A stretch of 64,000 nt of DNA from the human T2T-CHM13v2.0 reference genome, Homo sapiens, in assembly GCF_009914755.1 (NCBI RefSeq), contig NC_060928.1. One strand, 5' to 3'. Shown one piece after another: positions 1 through 12,635 of this stretch. The stretch's first letter is position 1. Every line of letters begins with the position of its first letter. The position numbers were made by a program, and so were the translations under genes. The notes under the pieces are model-generated. The model did no database searches. It saw nothing but the letters and a program-made list of their open reading frames with translations, and had not been told where the DNA came from.

Positions 1-2190
1 CATTTCTTGTATGACAGGTCTGGTAGCAATAAATCCCCTTAGCTTTTCTATTTCTAGGAAAGTCCTTATTTGTCTTTCATTTCTGAAAAATAACTTTGCT
101 GGGTACAGTGTTCTTGATATAATTTTTTTCTTCAGTATTCTGAATACATTGTTGCACTTCCTCTTTGCGTGTAAGGTTTCTCCTGCAAAGTCTGACACCA
201 GGTGCATTGGATCTCTCTTACATGTTATTTGCTTCTTTTCTCTTGTTGCTTTCAGGATCCTCTCTTTGTCTTGGACATTTGAGAATTCAATTATAATTTC
301 TGGAAGTATTCTTATTTGGGTTGAATTGGATTGGTGAATGTTGGCCTTCATGTACCTAGATATTTATATATTTCTCCAGGTTTTCAAAGGTTTAAAGTTA
401 TTATTCATTTGAATAAGCTTACTTACACTTTGTCTTTCTCAGTTCTCTAACTTCAATAACTTGGATACTTGCCATGTTGATGTTGTTCCATAGGACCCAT
501 AAGCTTGGTTTAATTTTTCACTATTTTTCTTTTTTCCTCCTCTGATTGTACATTTTCAAATAGTCCATCTTCAAGTTTACTGATTCTTTTTTCTGTTTGA
601 TTAGTCCTGCTCTTGATGCCCTCTATTGCATTTTTTTTTTATTTCATTCATTGTGTTTAGTAGGTCCAGGATTTCCTTTTTTTAATTTTAATATCTTTGT
701 TAAAATTTCTCTGGCAAGTTTTTGAATTAATTATCTGTGTTTTCTTGAAGTTCATCAAGCTTCTTTAAAACAGCTATTTTGTATTCTTTGTATGAGAGAT
801 TACACATCTTCATCACTATAGGGCCAGTCTTTAGTGCCTTATTTTGTCCATTTGGTTACATCCTATTTTCCTGTATGTTCTTGATACCTTTGGAAGTGTG
901 ATGATGTCTGCCCATTTGGAAGTGTGATGATGTCTGCCCATTAAGTATGTATTTTAGTCTTTACAATCTGACTTTGATTGTGCCTGTCCTTCTTCACAGG
1001 AGCATCTAGGAATTCTAAACTGACTGTTGTATGCCCTGAGCCTATATCTACTGCATCTATCTTAGCATTAGAGGACATTCTTAGCCCAAGTCTAGGAGAG
1101 CTGCAAAGGTTGTAGCGTTGGCATGGCTTTCTGGCCCTGATGGACCTGGGGAAGGCCCAGTGAGGGTACTAAGGCTGTGTAGGAATGCTGGCCAGGGACC
1201 TGAATTCAAAAGGCTGTCTCAGTGTCCCAGATGGACATGTATCCCTGCAGGTCTCTGCACAAACAGGATGGGTCCTACTCTGCACATACAGAGTATTTCT
1301 CAGGAGGGGCCAGAGATGAGACTAGGCCCCTTCAGGATCTGCTGTGGAATGAAGACTGGCATGCCTGTCACATTGGCTTAGATGGGTGTGCATCTCCCAG
1401 TAGGTTCCTACACAGATGAGATAGTTCCTCAACTATAGTAGGGGACCTAGAGTTGAGCCTGGGATCTGGTGTGGGACAGAGGCTGAAAGCCTGGTCTCTT
1501 CAAAGAGTGGTATGCATTACCCAGCAAGTTCCTACACAGATAGGACATTTTCTTGACTGCAAAGAGAGAGACTAGACTGAAACTGGGCCCCCTTGGAATC
1601 TGCTATGGGACAGAGGCTAGAGAGCCTGTCACATTGTCCCAGACAGGTATGAGGCTGTTAGCACATCCCTACACAGGTGGGATAGTTTCCAGTTGCAGCA
1701 AAAGGGACCAGAGCTGTGATTAGACCTCCTTGGGATCTGTTGTGGGATGGAGGTTGGCAAGCTTGTCTGGAAGGCTTAGAATCTTAGACTGTGAGATATG
1801 GGTGAGTCTCCCTCCGGGTCCCTGTGAGAGTGACTCTGAGCTAGGAACTCAGCTAAGGAAAGCTGAAGAAGCACCACAGGACAACATTCAGGTTCACTGC
1901 AGAGACTGATGTCAATGGGCTAATAAGCCCTTCCACCAAGGCACTAATGTGCATCATTCCTTGTGGACCCCTTGACAGATGGCTTTGCTTAAAAGCTCAA
2001 GGCCAAGTGGGGCTATAGCCAAGCCTCCTGGGGAACTCTCCTGTTTCTGGTCTTGAACCTGTAAGCAAGCTCAGTAGGGCAGATCAGCCACTTTGGTGTT
2101 GATCTGCTCTCTCAAAACTACCTTCCTAAGTCTTAGGCTCTACCAGGGTTTCACAAACTCCTACCTGATTCCTGAGACATTTGACTGTGG
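1..2190 (-). mobile_element. Old L1 (L1M/L1MA-type) 5' portion: degraded ORF1 (about 1-1000) and GC-richer 5'UTR with a monomer array
   Basis: Antisense ORF1 3'-end motifs (catttcttgtatgacaggtctggtagcaataaatcccc; aataactttgctgggtacagtgttcttg) followed by a repeated UTR-like segment; right boundary approximate. Confidence 0.75.
889..940. repeat. Perfect 26-bp tandem duplication
   Basis: tttggaagtgtgatgatgtctgccca x2. Confidence 0.95.
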
Positions 2191-2204
2191 ATGGGTGCAG
2201 AAAA

Positions 2205-2281
2205 AGCTCCACCTTTCAATACTTCCACATTGGAGACAATGTTTCACATGAGTTTTGGGAGCAGACATTGAAACTACAGCA
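2205..2281 (-). mobile_element. MaLR (MST/MLT1A-like) LTR terminal fragment
   Basis: ccacctttcaatact...catgagttttgggagcagacattgaaactacagca resembles the reverse complement of an MST/MLT1A LTR start. Confidence 0.55.
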
Positions 2282-3051
2282 CGGCTACAGCATAAAGAAA
2301 TGTAATATAGTTGAGAAAAGTTAGGACAAAGAATGTATGTGGAAACAAAGCTGAAGTTGAGTAAGTAAAAAAAACTGAAGTTGTGTTTAAATTGTAACTT
2401 AAAACACAAAAATGAATTAAGAGAGCCAGAAATAGTAAGTAGAAAGTTTCATATTAATGTACTCTCTCTATAATTGCTCTTCTCTCTTCTCTCTTTTAAA
2501 AAACAAAATATATATATATAAAGCAATAATTGTACATGTATTGTTGGATTAGTAAAATATAGATGCAATATATACAATAATAATAGCACATGAATGGGAA
2601 AGAAAACATAGATCTATGTAGGACCAACTTTTTCATATCTCATTGAAATTAAGTTAGTATAAATATAAAGTTGATTCTGATGAGTAAGAATATATATAGT
2701 AAGTTCCAGAACAACTGCTAAAAAATACATATTTTATATATATATACTAAAAGATCAAAAAAGAAATTAAAATGTTACACTAGGAAATATTAAGGTAATC
2801 CAAAAAGCCATAAAATAGGAATATAGAAACAAAAACATATGAGACATAGAAAACAAAAAGTAAATAGTAATATTCTAATACAACTCCATCAATAATAACA
2901 TTTAAATATGAGTGAATTAAACAATCCAATTAAAATGCAGAGTTTGCAAAACTGGACACAGAAACAAAAAAACAAAATCCACCTACATGTAGTCTACAGG
3001 TGACTCACTTTAGAATCAGAGATTCAAGTTGGTTAAAAATAAAAGGCTAGA

Positions 3052-3354
3052 GGCCAGGTGTGGTGGCTCACGCCTGTAATCCCAGCACTTTGGGAGGCTG
3101 CAGCAGGTGGATTGTGAGGTCAGGAGATCGAGACCATCCTGGCTAATGCAGTGAAACCCCATCTCTACTAAAAATAAAAAAAAAATTAGCCAGGTGTGGT
3201 GGGGGGCAGCTGTAGTTCCAGCTATGCCGGAGGCTGAGGCAGGAGAATGGCATGAACCTGGGAGGTGGAGCTTTCAGTGAGCCGAGATTGTGCCACTGCC
3301 CTCCAGCCTAGGTGATAGCAAGACTCCATCTCAAAAAATATAAATAAATAAAAT
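3052..3354 (+). mobile_element. AluY-type SINE
   Basis: Full dimer with gagatcgagaccatcctggctaa; TSD aaaataaaaggctaga (3036-3051 / 3355-3370). Confidence 0.95.
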
Positions 3355-3870
3355 AAAATAAAAGGCTAGAAAACACCAAACACAAGAAAACTGGTGTGTT
3401 TATACCTATATTAGGTAAAACAGACTTTATAATAAAATAGAGATCTACAGGGACATTTCATAATAAGAAGTGCTAATCCATCAGAAAGATACACAAAATA
3501 TAAACACCTATGCACCTAACAGAGGTCCCCAAAATATACAAAATAAAAACTGAAAAAATTGAAAGGGAAAATAGAAAAATAACAATAACAAATGGATATT
3601 TTAATATCTTATTTTTAATTATGGAGAGGATAGAGAAACCAATCTTGTAAAAGAAGAACAATGTTGGAGAACTCACACATGTAAATTCAATACTTACTAC
3701 AAAGCTACACCAATCCATTATGTGGTTATGTCATAAGGCTAGACACATAGACCAAAGCAATAGGATTGACAGTAAAAAAAAAAAAACCTAACATCTACAG
3801 TTATTTGATTTTTGACTACAGTGCCAAGACAAATCAATGAGGAAGAATAGTCTTTTCAACAGGTGATGCA

Positions 3871-4441
3871 TGTGGGGAAGGAGATTAGCAGAACTTCTTT
3901 CCTGAGCACCAATCACAACCCTGCTGATCAAAATAGGATCTGGTCAAAACAGGATGCGGTAAAGAAACTAGCCCAAACCAGCTAAAACAAGCATGGTGAT
4001 AAAAGCAACCTTCTAGTTGCCCTCACTGCTCATTATATGCTAATTATAATGCATTGATAACTAAAAGACACTCCCATCAGCACCATGACAATTTACAAGT
4101 GCCATAGCAATGTCCAGAATTTTCAATATATGGTTTAAAAGGGGAGGAACCCTCAGTTCTGGGGACTCCCCATCCTTGTTCTAGAGTATTTGTGAATAAC
4201 CTGCCACTTATTTAGCATATAATTAAGAATAGCTATAAATATAGCTAGCCAGCAGTCTATGAGTGCTACTCTGCCTATGGTGAAGCCCTGCTCTATGGAG
4301 CAGCCATTTTCCTGGGCTCTGTTGCTCTAATAAAGTTGTTTTGCTTTTACTTTACTCTGTTTGCTCACTCTTGAATTCTTTCCTGTATGAAGCCAAAAAC
4401 CCTACCAGGCTGAGCCCCAGTTTTGGGGTTTGCCTGCCTCA
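3871..4441 (+). mobile_element. MER41-family ERV1 solo LTR
   Basis: cctcactgctcattatatgctaattataatgcatt, aaaagacactcccatcagcaccatgaca, aggggaggaaccctcagttc, AATAAA and terminal ttttggggtttgcctgcctca; left edge approximate. Confidence 0.8.
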
Positions 4442-4464
4442 CTTGGACATTAGATATCCACATG

Positions 4465-4700
4465 AAAAAGAAATCTGGAGGTCTACTGTACAGCATGATG
4501 ACTATAGTTAACAATGTGTTGTATACTTGGAAATTGCTAAGACAATGGATTTTAAATGGACTCACTACAAAAAAAGTTTTTGAAATGAGGGATATGTTAA
4601 TTAGTTTGATTTAATCATTCCACAACTTATACATATACCAAAACACCACACTGTTTACCATAGAAATACACAAATTTTATTTATCAATTTAAAAAGTTAA
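4465..4700 (+). mobile_element. L1MA-type 3' tail fragment
   Basis: ctactgtacagcatgatgactatagttaacaat...aaattgctaag, ending in an A-rich tail. Confidence 0.7.
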
Positions 4701-5060
4701 CTGAATATAGTTGGATATTTTCCTCATATCACACACAGAAACTAACTTAAAACAGAACATGAACCTAAATATTTAAAATAAAACTATAAAATTCCTAGAG
4801 GAAAATATGGGAGTATATCTTCATGAGCTTCAGGTAGGTCACAAAACATAAAATATAAAACTTGAAGTATGTCAAAATTAAAACTCTTTTGCTTTAAAAA
4901 ATTAATATAAATAAAGTGGAAACAAATAGCATAGAATGGGAGAAGATATTTATAAATCATATATTGGATAAAGGACTCATATATATAATACAAATAATTC
5001 TTCAACTTAATAATAAAAAAACAAACAATCCAAATAAAAAAATAACAGAGAACCTAAGTA

Positions 5061-5379
<319 letters not shown>

Positions 5380-6223
5380 CTAAGTAGACATTTCTCCAAA
5401 GAGGATATACAAATGATTAGCACATAAAAAGATGGTAAAAACCATTAGTCATTAGAGAAATGAAAATCAAAATCACAATGATATACCACTTTTCATTGCT
5501 TTGATGGGTATAATCAAAATATCATAATAATCATGTAATAAGAGTTGACAAAGATGTGGAGAAAATGGAACTCATACATTGGTGGTGAGAATGGTGCAGC
5601 CACTTTGGAAAATAGTCTGATAGTTCCTCAAAATGTGAAATATAGAGTTCCATATGATTCAGCAACTGCACTCTTAGGTTTATACTCAGAGAAATGAAAA
5701 CATATTCACATGAAACTTGTACAGAAATATCCATAGAAGTTCTATTAGTGATAGCCAAAGAATAGAAACAACCCAAATTTCCGTCAACTGACAGACAAAT
5801 ATTAATAAAATGTAGGATATCAATGCAATGCAATATTATTTGGCAATGAAAAGAAATGAAGTAAAGATGCATACGAAATGTTGATGAACCTTGAAAACAT
5901 TATGCTAAGTGAAAGAACCCAGTCACAAAATACCACATATTGTGTAATTTCATTAATATGAAATGTTCAAAATAGATCTGTAGAGACAGAATGTAGATTA
6001 TGGTTGCCTAGGGCTGGGAGGATTACCGCAAATGAGATATGACTGATGATGGATATGGGGTTTCTTGTTTGAGTGATAAAAGTATTCTAAAATTGAATAA
6101 TTGGACAACTCTGTGATTATATTAAAACAGTAGATTGTTTAAAGAAAAAGCAACATCACCAACATCACCACGCACACACACACAAAAACAAAAAACAAAA
6201 AACAAAACAAAACAAAAAAAAGA

Positions 6224-6423
6224 AGGGTTTTTCAAATTCAGTACTATTCATATTTTGGTCCAAATAATTCTCTGCTGTGAGGGTTGCCTGTGCATTGTGG
6301 AAGTTCAGCAGTGTTCCTGACCCCTACCTACTATATGTCAGTAGCAACCTCATGCAGTAATAACAACCAAAAATGCCTTCAAAATGTCCCCTAGGTGGAA
6401 AATCAACCCCACTTAAGAACTAC
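6224..6423 (-). mobile_element. MER20 (hAT-Charlie DNA transposon)
   Basis: agggtttttcaaattcagtactatt...acaaccaaaaatg...aaatgtcccctaggtggaaaatcaaccc matches the MER20 reverse complement. Confidence 0.8.
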
Positions 6424-6689
6424 ACATATAATTGCACAGGACTGAAGAATACCTATTTTAACCAGTTAACTATGGTCACTTCTAAAGAGACAAAGGGGAG
6501 AGTGGCAAGGGTAAGAGGAGGAGACTTTCAATTTTCTCATATACTTTTGTACTTCATGATTGACCTGAGAATTATAATGAGCTAAGTATTACGTGTTTTT
6601 TTAGATAATAAAAATTAATGAACTTCCTGTCAAGACTAACAAACTAGCCCACATTGACAATATAGAATGCCATCACAGTAGACCATTTA

Positions 6690-6990
6690 CAGGGTGATGG
6701 TGGCTTATGGAGATGGAGATAGTGACAAGTAATTTAAATTTTTGTGTATTTTAAATATACTACCTAAAGACTTACTGAGAGATCAGATGTGAAGTGTGAA
6801 GAAAACGGAAAGATAAAGCATGTGTTTTGCTTAAGCAACTGGCTCAGTGATAATGCCACTATTGATGTGTGAGAGTTGAGGATGAACAAATTGGGGGCTT
6901 TTGTGAGGAGAAGTGAAATCAATAGTTCCATTTGGACAATTAATTTTGAGATCTACAATAGATTTCCACATGGTGATTTAAAAGTAGACA
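6690..6990 (-). mobile_element. L2 fragment
   Basis: Degenerate L2 motifs (ttttgcttaagcaactgg; gttccatttggaca; ttttgagat). Confidence 0.5.
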
Positions 6991-7088
6991 GTCCCAGAGT
7001 GGAACAGAATAACAATTTTCATAATGGTCTATGAGAAACAAAGGGTAAAGCCATATTTACTGCTGATTCAAGTTGGAAATTAATAAAT

Positions 7089-7158
7089 AAAATTTAAAAC
7101 CTAGCTTTAAAACCTAATTTAAAACCTAAAATTTAAAAATTAAATTTAAAACCTAAAA
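7089..7158. repeat. Short degenerate tandem repeat of tttaaaaccta
   Basis: Four copies of tttaaaaccta plus one degenerate unit. Confidence 0.8.
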
Positions 7159-7644
7159 CTCATATATTGTTTTATGACAAAAATATCCTATTATATCTTA
7201 TAATAATAAACAGAAACAACAAACAAAAAAGCATAAAGTTAACATGCATTTCTGCTTTTACAGTCCAAAGGTGAAAAATGTTCACTTGGAAATACACACA
7301 GAAAAAAATCACAACATTAAAAAAAACTATTTTAAAATAAAAAATTCTACTAAATAAGTAACAAATAAATTAGTACATTAGAAAACATCAATATAAATAT
7401 TGATTTTATGTTCTGCTGAACAGAATTAGCTTTGTTGCAATAATGTATTTAGGAAGAAATGGTATAACTCTTGCAACGTCAGTATCGGGAGTAAGATTTT
7501 GTATTTTTTCATCTCCTCAAACCAAAAACAAAGAGATTGATTCAAAAGACTAATGACATTCTCTTTTCTTGAAAATGAGGAAGAATCACATAATCAAAGG
7601 AAAATAATATATTTTATTTTCATATTATTATTTCTGCAACATTT

Positions 7645-7800
7645 ATGTTAGCTTACATTTGATCCCTTACAGTGGGACAGGCACTGTATTAAACACTTTA
7701 AATGAAACCTATCATTTAATCTTCATAGTAACTCTATGAAATAGGTACCTTATTTTTTAGATAAACAGAGAAAGATATGTTAAATAACTTGCTTATTTCA
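7645..7800 (-). mobile_element. MIR fragment
   Basis: caggcactgtattaaacacttt...tcatttaatcttcatagtaactctatgaaataggta. Confidence 0.7.
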
Positions 7801-9088
7801 TATGTAACATTGTAGTCTTTGTTCAGACTTTGGCCATTTGATTTCTGAGCTTGTGATTTTTTTCAGACATTGGAGAAGAGGTCACACACAAATTCAAAAA
7901 GAGAAAAACAGAAAAAAAAAACCTTACTATAGCCATGGTCTAGGCATTCAAAGCAGGTGTGAGGGTGTGAAGAAGCAGTTGTGGTTACTTCTACTTTCAT
8001 TGATGTTTGTTGCTGCTTCCCAATAAAGAGCAGTAGAGCATAGAGACATTGATATAGCAGCCCTTATAAAATTGCAAATCCTTCCTGTTCTGTAGTGAAA
8101 ATAAATAAAAGTCACTTAGGTTTAAATTCAACCTCGGAAATACAGTCAGTATATTTTATTTTCAAACATATTTACATATTACCTTTATATTCTTTTGATA
8201 ACATAAGCATCGTGTATTTTCCTGTCCTACTATAAAAAGTTTCCATGTGATAATCTGGTTGTGAAGACCTATAACTTCAGCTTTCTTTTTTTTTTTTTTT
8301 TTAAGTAAAACTAGCCTCAAAATGCAAAATCTGCTTCCTCTAACTGAAGGGATTTAAATTACATTGTGGATAAGATGTTGTAAGCACAGTAGCTAAAGCA
8401 GTGTTTTATTTCTGAAGTAAATGGACTGAAACAGATGGAAGGGGGAAAAGAGAGTTTTCCTAGAGGCACAGTGTCTGTGTGTCACCAGCTGTTGCTGGGA
8501 GATAATGTGCAATGGCAAGTGATGTACAGGAGGAAATCCAAATGCCTCCAGTCCTAGGCTTTGGACTGTTAGGAGAAAAGAGCCTTTCCTTGTGTTCTTT
8601 TAATTGAAGGTGAAGCCTGAAATTTGCAATGCCCACTTAAAATGATCCTGCCTTATTTGATTGAAACATAAAACAGGATTCAAAATTGCCTATGTTATTC
8701 CAGAGTGGGATTCAGCTCAAACTATATATTTCATGGACGGAGCCATTGGGTGATGGAAGAGGGTAATAGATAAAAGGTAAAAAATGTACTGTATTATTAA
8801 TCTTGCTATATATTGCCTGTAAATACTTACATTACCTAAATTTAATCAAATATTCCTATTTTAAGTTTTGTTATTTAAATACAAAAATAAACAATGCAAT
8901 TTTGAACCATAATTGCTTGAATCTGTGTTTTTGGGGAAGCCTAATTTCTACATTAATTGATTGTTTTGGTATTAAAGGCAAAGCCACAAGACATAATGTG
9001 GATGATCTTGTAGACCCTATAACATACAAGGCTGAATTTATCTAGGAGTGGTAATTAAACACAGAGACTATTTTCCTCCTCTTTCCTA

Positions 9089-9458
9089 TGTAGATTAGGT
9101 TTTTAGGACTGCCATAACAAAGTCTGTTATGCTGCCACAGAGTACATGGCTTAAAAAGGGAAAATTATTTTCTCACAGTTTTAGAGGATAAAAGTAATAG
9201 ACCAAGGTGTTGGCAAGGTTGTTTCTTCTGAGGCCTCTCTCTAGTAATAGCTATCTTTTTCCGGTGTCTATGTACGGTGTCTCTGTATGTTCTTATCTGC
9301 CCTGTTGGATTAGTCTTATTGGATTAAGGCTCACTGTAAGGGCCCTATTTGAATGTAACTGCCTCTTTAAAGGCCCTATCTCCAAAAAATCACATTCTGA
9401 GGCATTTCATACCTTCTGTATATTAATTATGGGGAGAAACACAATTTGTCCCATAGCA
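9089..9458 (-). mobile_element. MLT1A/B MaLR solo LTR
   Basis: ctgccataacaaag, ttctcacagttttagagg, aaggccctatctccaaa, terminal cccatagca. Confidence 0.8.
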
Positions 9459-10512
9459 CATACCTACTTACTGCCCACCAAATTAGGGAGGAAAAATTCA
9501 GTGAGAACTATCATCATTACTGTCAAACTTGGAAATACTGAATATCTTGGAATAGTATCTTCTGTGATACTATAACCAAATGTGAAAGATCCACCTCCAT
9601 CTAAATAAGTAGCTATTTATAGACAAAATTCCTAATAGGCAGATTAAAAAAAAGGGTTTTTGCCTTGCCTAACACATATAAACTTTATCTCCCAAGTCAA
9701 AAATAATGAAAGAAAATTTCTAGAGAAAGTAAGAAGTGTTTTAGTGCAATACTGCAAATACATTTGAAGAGGAGAAAAAGGATCTTTCATGAACTAATGA
9801 GGTTGCCTAGAGATGTACTACGAATAATCATGAATTGAACAATCAATTCCCAGTGTGTAGAGAGGAAAGAAATATTTAAAATGACACCAACACTTCAATT
9901 TATCAAAGAGGAAGCAAATTTTATTTTAAAATTTTAAAATTGTAATTTCTGGTTTTCAAATCATATTTTAAAATGTAGAATTATAGTTACCAATTTTAGC
10001 AGCTTGATTTTTTTTTCTTGAAAAGGTACTTACTTCTCAGTTCTAGTGAAACCAAATTCTAGGAATGATTGAAATATGACAAAGCTTTTTCAGAGTTTTA
10101 TGATTATTATAGGGTTTTGATACTACTGTAGAAAAGCAAATAAGATTTAGACAATGATGTTTTATGACAGCAAGTGGGTGTAAAATATAGAAAAAATAAT
10201 GTGAATGAAGCTGACAGACTAGGTGACTTGCCTGTCTTTGTTAGTCCTCAATGACAAACTTTGTGTAATTATCGTACATTTATCAGTCAATTCTTATTTT
10301 CCAAATGTTTTCAACAGTCTTGATTATTTTTGTTATTATTGCCTATCTATATTTCACTTTTTTCTCTTTATTTCTTGACCCTTAATTCACATCCTGAAAG
10401 AATGGGAAAATAGGAATCAGCAATGTTTGTAAGAATATTACCTTAGGCATTTTGATATAATCATTATCCATTTTGTTTGATGATTTTAGTCATGTATTAA
10501 AAAGTATTTTAA

Positions 10513-10760
10513 GGTCGGGTGTGGTGGCTTACGCCTGTAATCCCAGTACTTTGAGAGGCCAAGGCGAGTGGATCACCTGAGGTCAGGAGTTTGAGACCAT
10601 CCTGGCCAACATGGAAAAACCCTGTCTCTACTAAAAATACAAAAATTAGCTGGCATGGTGGCGCACATCTTGAATCCGGGAGGCGGAGGTTGCAGTGAGC
10701 CGAGATCAAGCCACTGCACTCCAGCCTGGGTGACAGAGCAAGACTGTCTCAAAAAAAAAA
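10513..10760 (+). mobile_element. AluS with about 40 bp deleted from the right arm
   Basis: gcgcacat is joined directly to cttgaatccggg; TSD aaaagtattttaa. Confidence 0.95.
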
Positions 10761-11513
10761 AAAAGTATTTTAAATTTTCCATTGCTAATTATATCCAAGA
10801 AAGGGAGAATATTTTCCTTTAAAAATGACCTGTATATTAAAATTAATATTCCTCTGCTGAATTTGTACATTTCATGATTCTTAAGAGTTAAAAAAACTAA
10901 ATGAATGAACATGATATCTAAAAGTATTGTTCACTTTTACGAGCATAATGTCTATGTTTCACATTTTAAGGAAATAACTTTTCTTTAAATTGTACCTTAC
11001 CCACTGGCTTATAGTAAGCTGCAGACATACCATATTTCACTTCATAATTTATTTTAACCAAGAGTGTTGATAGTATGTAAATGTAAGTAATTTATAGCTG
11101 CTAATTACAGAAGCCTAAAAAATAAAAGAAGCTTGAGAAGGCTAATGAGGAAAAACAGAAAAAAATATATATAAAATTAAGTGATTTTAAAATAAGAGAA
11201 TGTAAAACAATGTAGTGAATATTCTAGGCTTTACAATATTTTGAATTCCAGCTACCTCTAACACCTTCAATATTGAAATTCCCATGACTCTTTCTGGTTC
11301 ATCTGATTACACATGATCTAATTAATAATAGAGCTCCTTTATACCACTGATTATCCATCTGTCAAGTGAAAGGATGATATAGGCAGGACAGGCAAGATTT
11401 TTGTTCTGAGCCTGCTCCACCGTGACCACACCTGGTTGACTTCCACTGTATTCATTCTCACAGCATATACTGGGCCATGACCATATTATATTATACTTAG
11501 TCATGTGTCCATC

Positions 11514-12635
11514 TGTATTACTCAGGGTTCTTAGAGAAATGAAACCAATAGGACCTATACAGATATATAATATATTATGTGTCATATTACTCAGGGTTCT
11601 CTAGAGGGACAGAACTAATAGGATAGATGTATATATGAAGGGGAATTTATTAAGGAGTTTTGACTCACACGATCACAAGGTGAAGTCCCACAATAGGCCA
11701 TCTGCAAGCTGAGGAGCAAGGAAGCCAGACCAAGTCCTAAAACCTCAAAAGTGGGGAAGCCAACAGTGCAGCCTTTGGTCTGTGGCTGAAGGCCCAAGAG
11801 CTCCTGGTAAAGCACTGGTGTAAAGCCTGAGAGCCCAAAAGCTGAAGAACCTGGAGTCCGATGTTCCAGGACAGGAAGCATCCAGCATAGGAGAAAGAGG
11901 AAGGTCGGAAGACCTAGCCAGTCAAGTCCTTTCACGTTCCTCTTCCTGCTTTTATCATAGCTGCACTGGCAGCTGATTAGATAGTGCCCACACAGATTAA
12001 GGGTGGGTCTGACTCTCCCAGTCCACTGACTGTAATGTTAATCTCCTTTGACAACGCTCTCACAGACACACCCAGGAACAATACTTTGCATTCTTCAATC
12101 CAATCGAATTGACACTCAGTATTAACCATTACATATGTAATAAATTTATTATGGAAATTGGTTTCTGAAATTATGAACACCAAGAAGCCCCACCAGTTTG
12201 CAAGCTGGAGCACCAGGAAAGTTGGTGGCATAATTCAGTCTGAGTCTGAAGGCCTGAGAGCCAGGGAGGCTGAAGGCATAAATCTCAGTCTGAGGCTAAA
12301 GGCCTATGAAATTGAGGGGGTGCTGCTGCAAGTGCTGGAGTTCAAAAACTCAAGAACCAGGAGCTCTGATGTTCAAGGGCAGAAGAAAGTGGACCTCCTA
12401 GCTCAGGAAGAAACAACATACCTTTCCTTATCGTATTGTCCTATTCTGGCAGGCCCCCAAAGGACTGGATGAGGCCCACCCATATTGGTAAGGATAGATC
12501 TTCTTTACTCAGTTTACTGATTCAGAAGCTACTGTCTTCCGGAGACCCTCTTACAGAAACACCCAGAAATTATGTTTTACCAAATCTGAGTATCCCTTAC
12601 CCTAGTTACATTGACACATAAAATTAATCATCACA
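11514..12635 (-). mobile_element. MLT2B/C-like ERVL LTR (outer element, split by a nested MLT2A)
   Basis: Starts tgtattactcagggttcttagagaaa; resumes at 12134; ends gacacataaaattaatcatcaca. Confidence 0.8.
11583..12133 (-). mobile_element. MLT2A ERVL LTR nested in an older MLT2
   Basis: tattactcagggttctctagagggacagaactaatagg...gacactcagtattaaccattaca; 5-bp TSD tgtgt/tatgt. Confidence 0.85.

Noticed and set aside
1190-1790. CRISPR-like repeat-spacer array
   Set aside because: Whole units are similar with no unique spacers; eukaryotic L1 context and no cas genes
4150-4200. MER41-borne STAT1 (GAS) interferon enhancer
   Set aside because: Both expected TTCnnnGAA sites are degenerate here (ttctgggga, ttctagagt)
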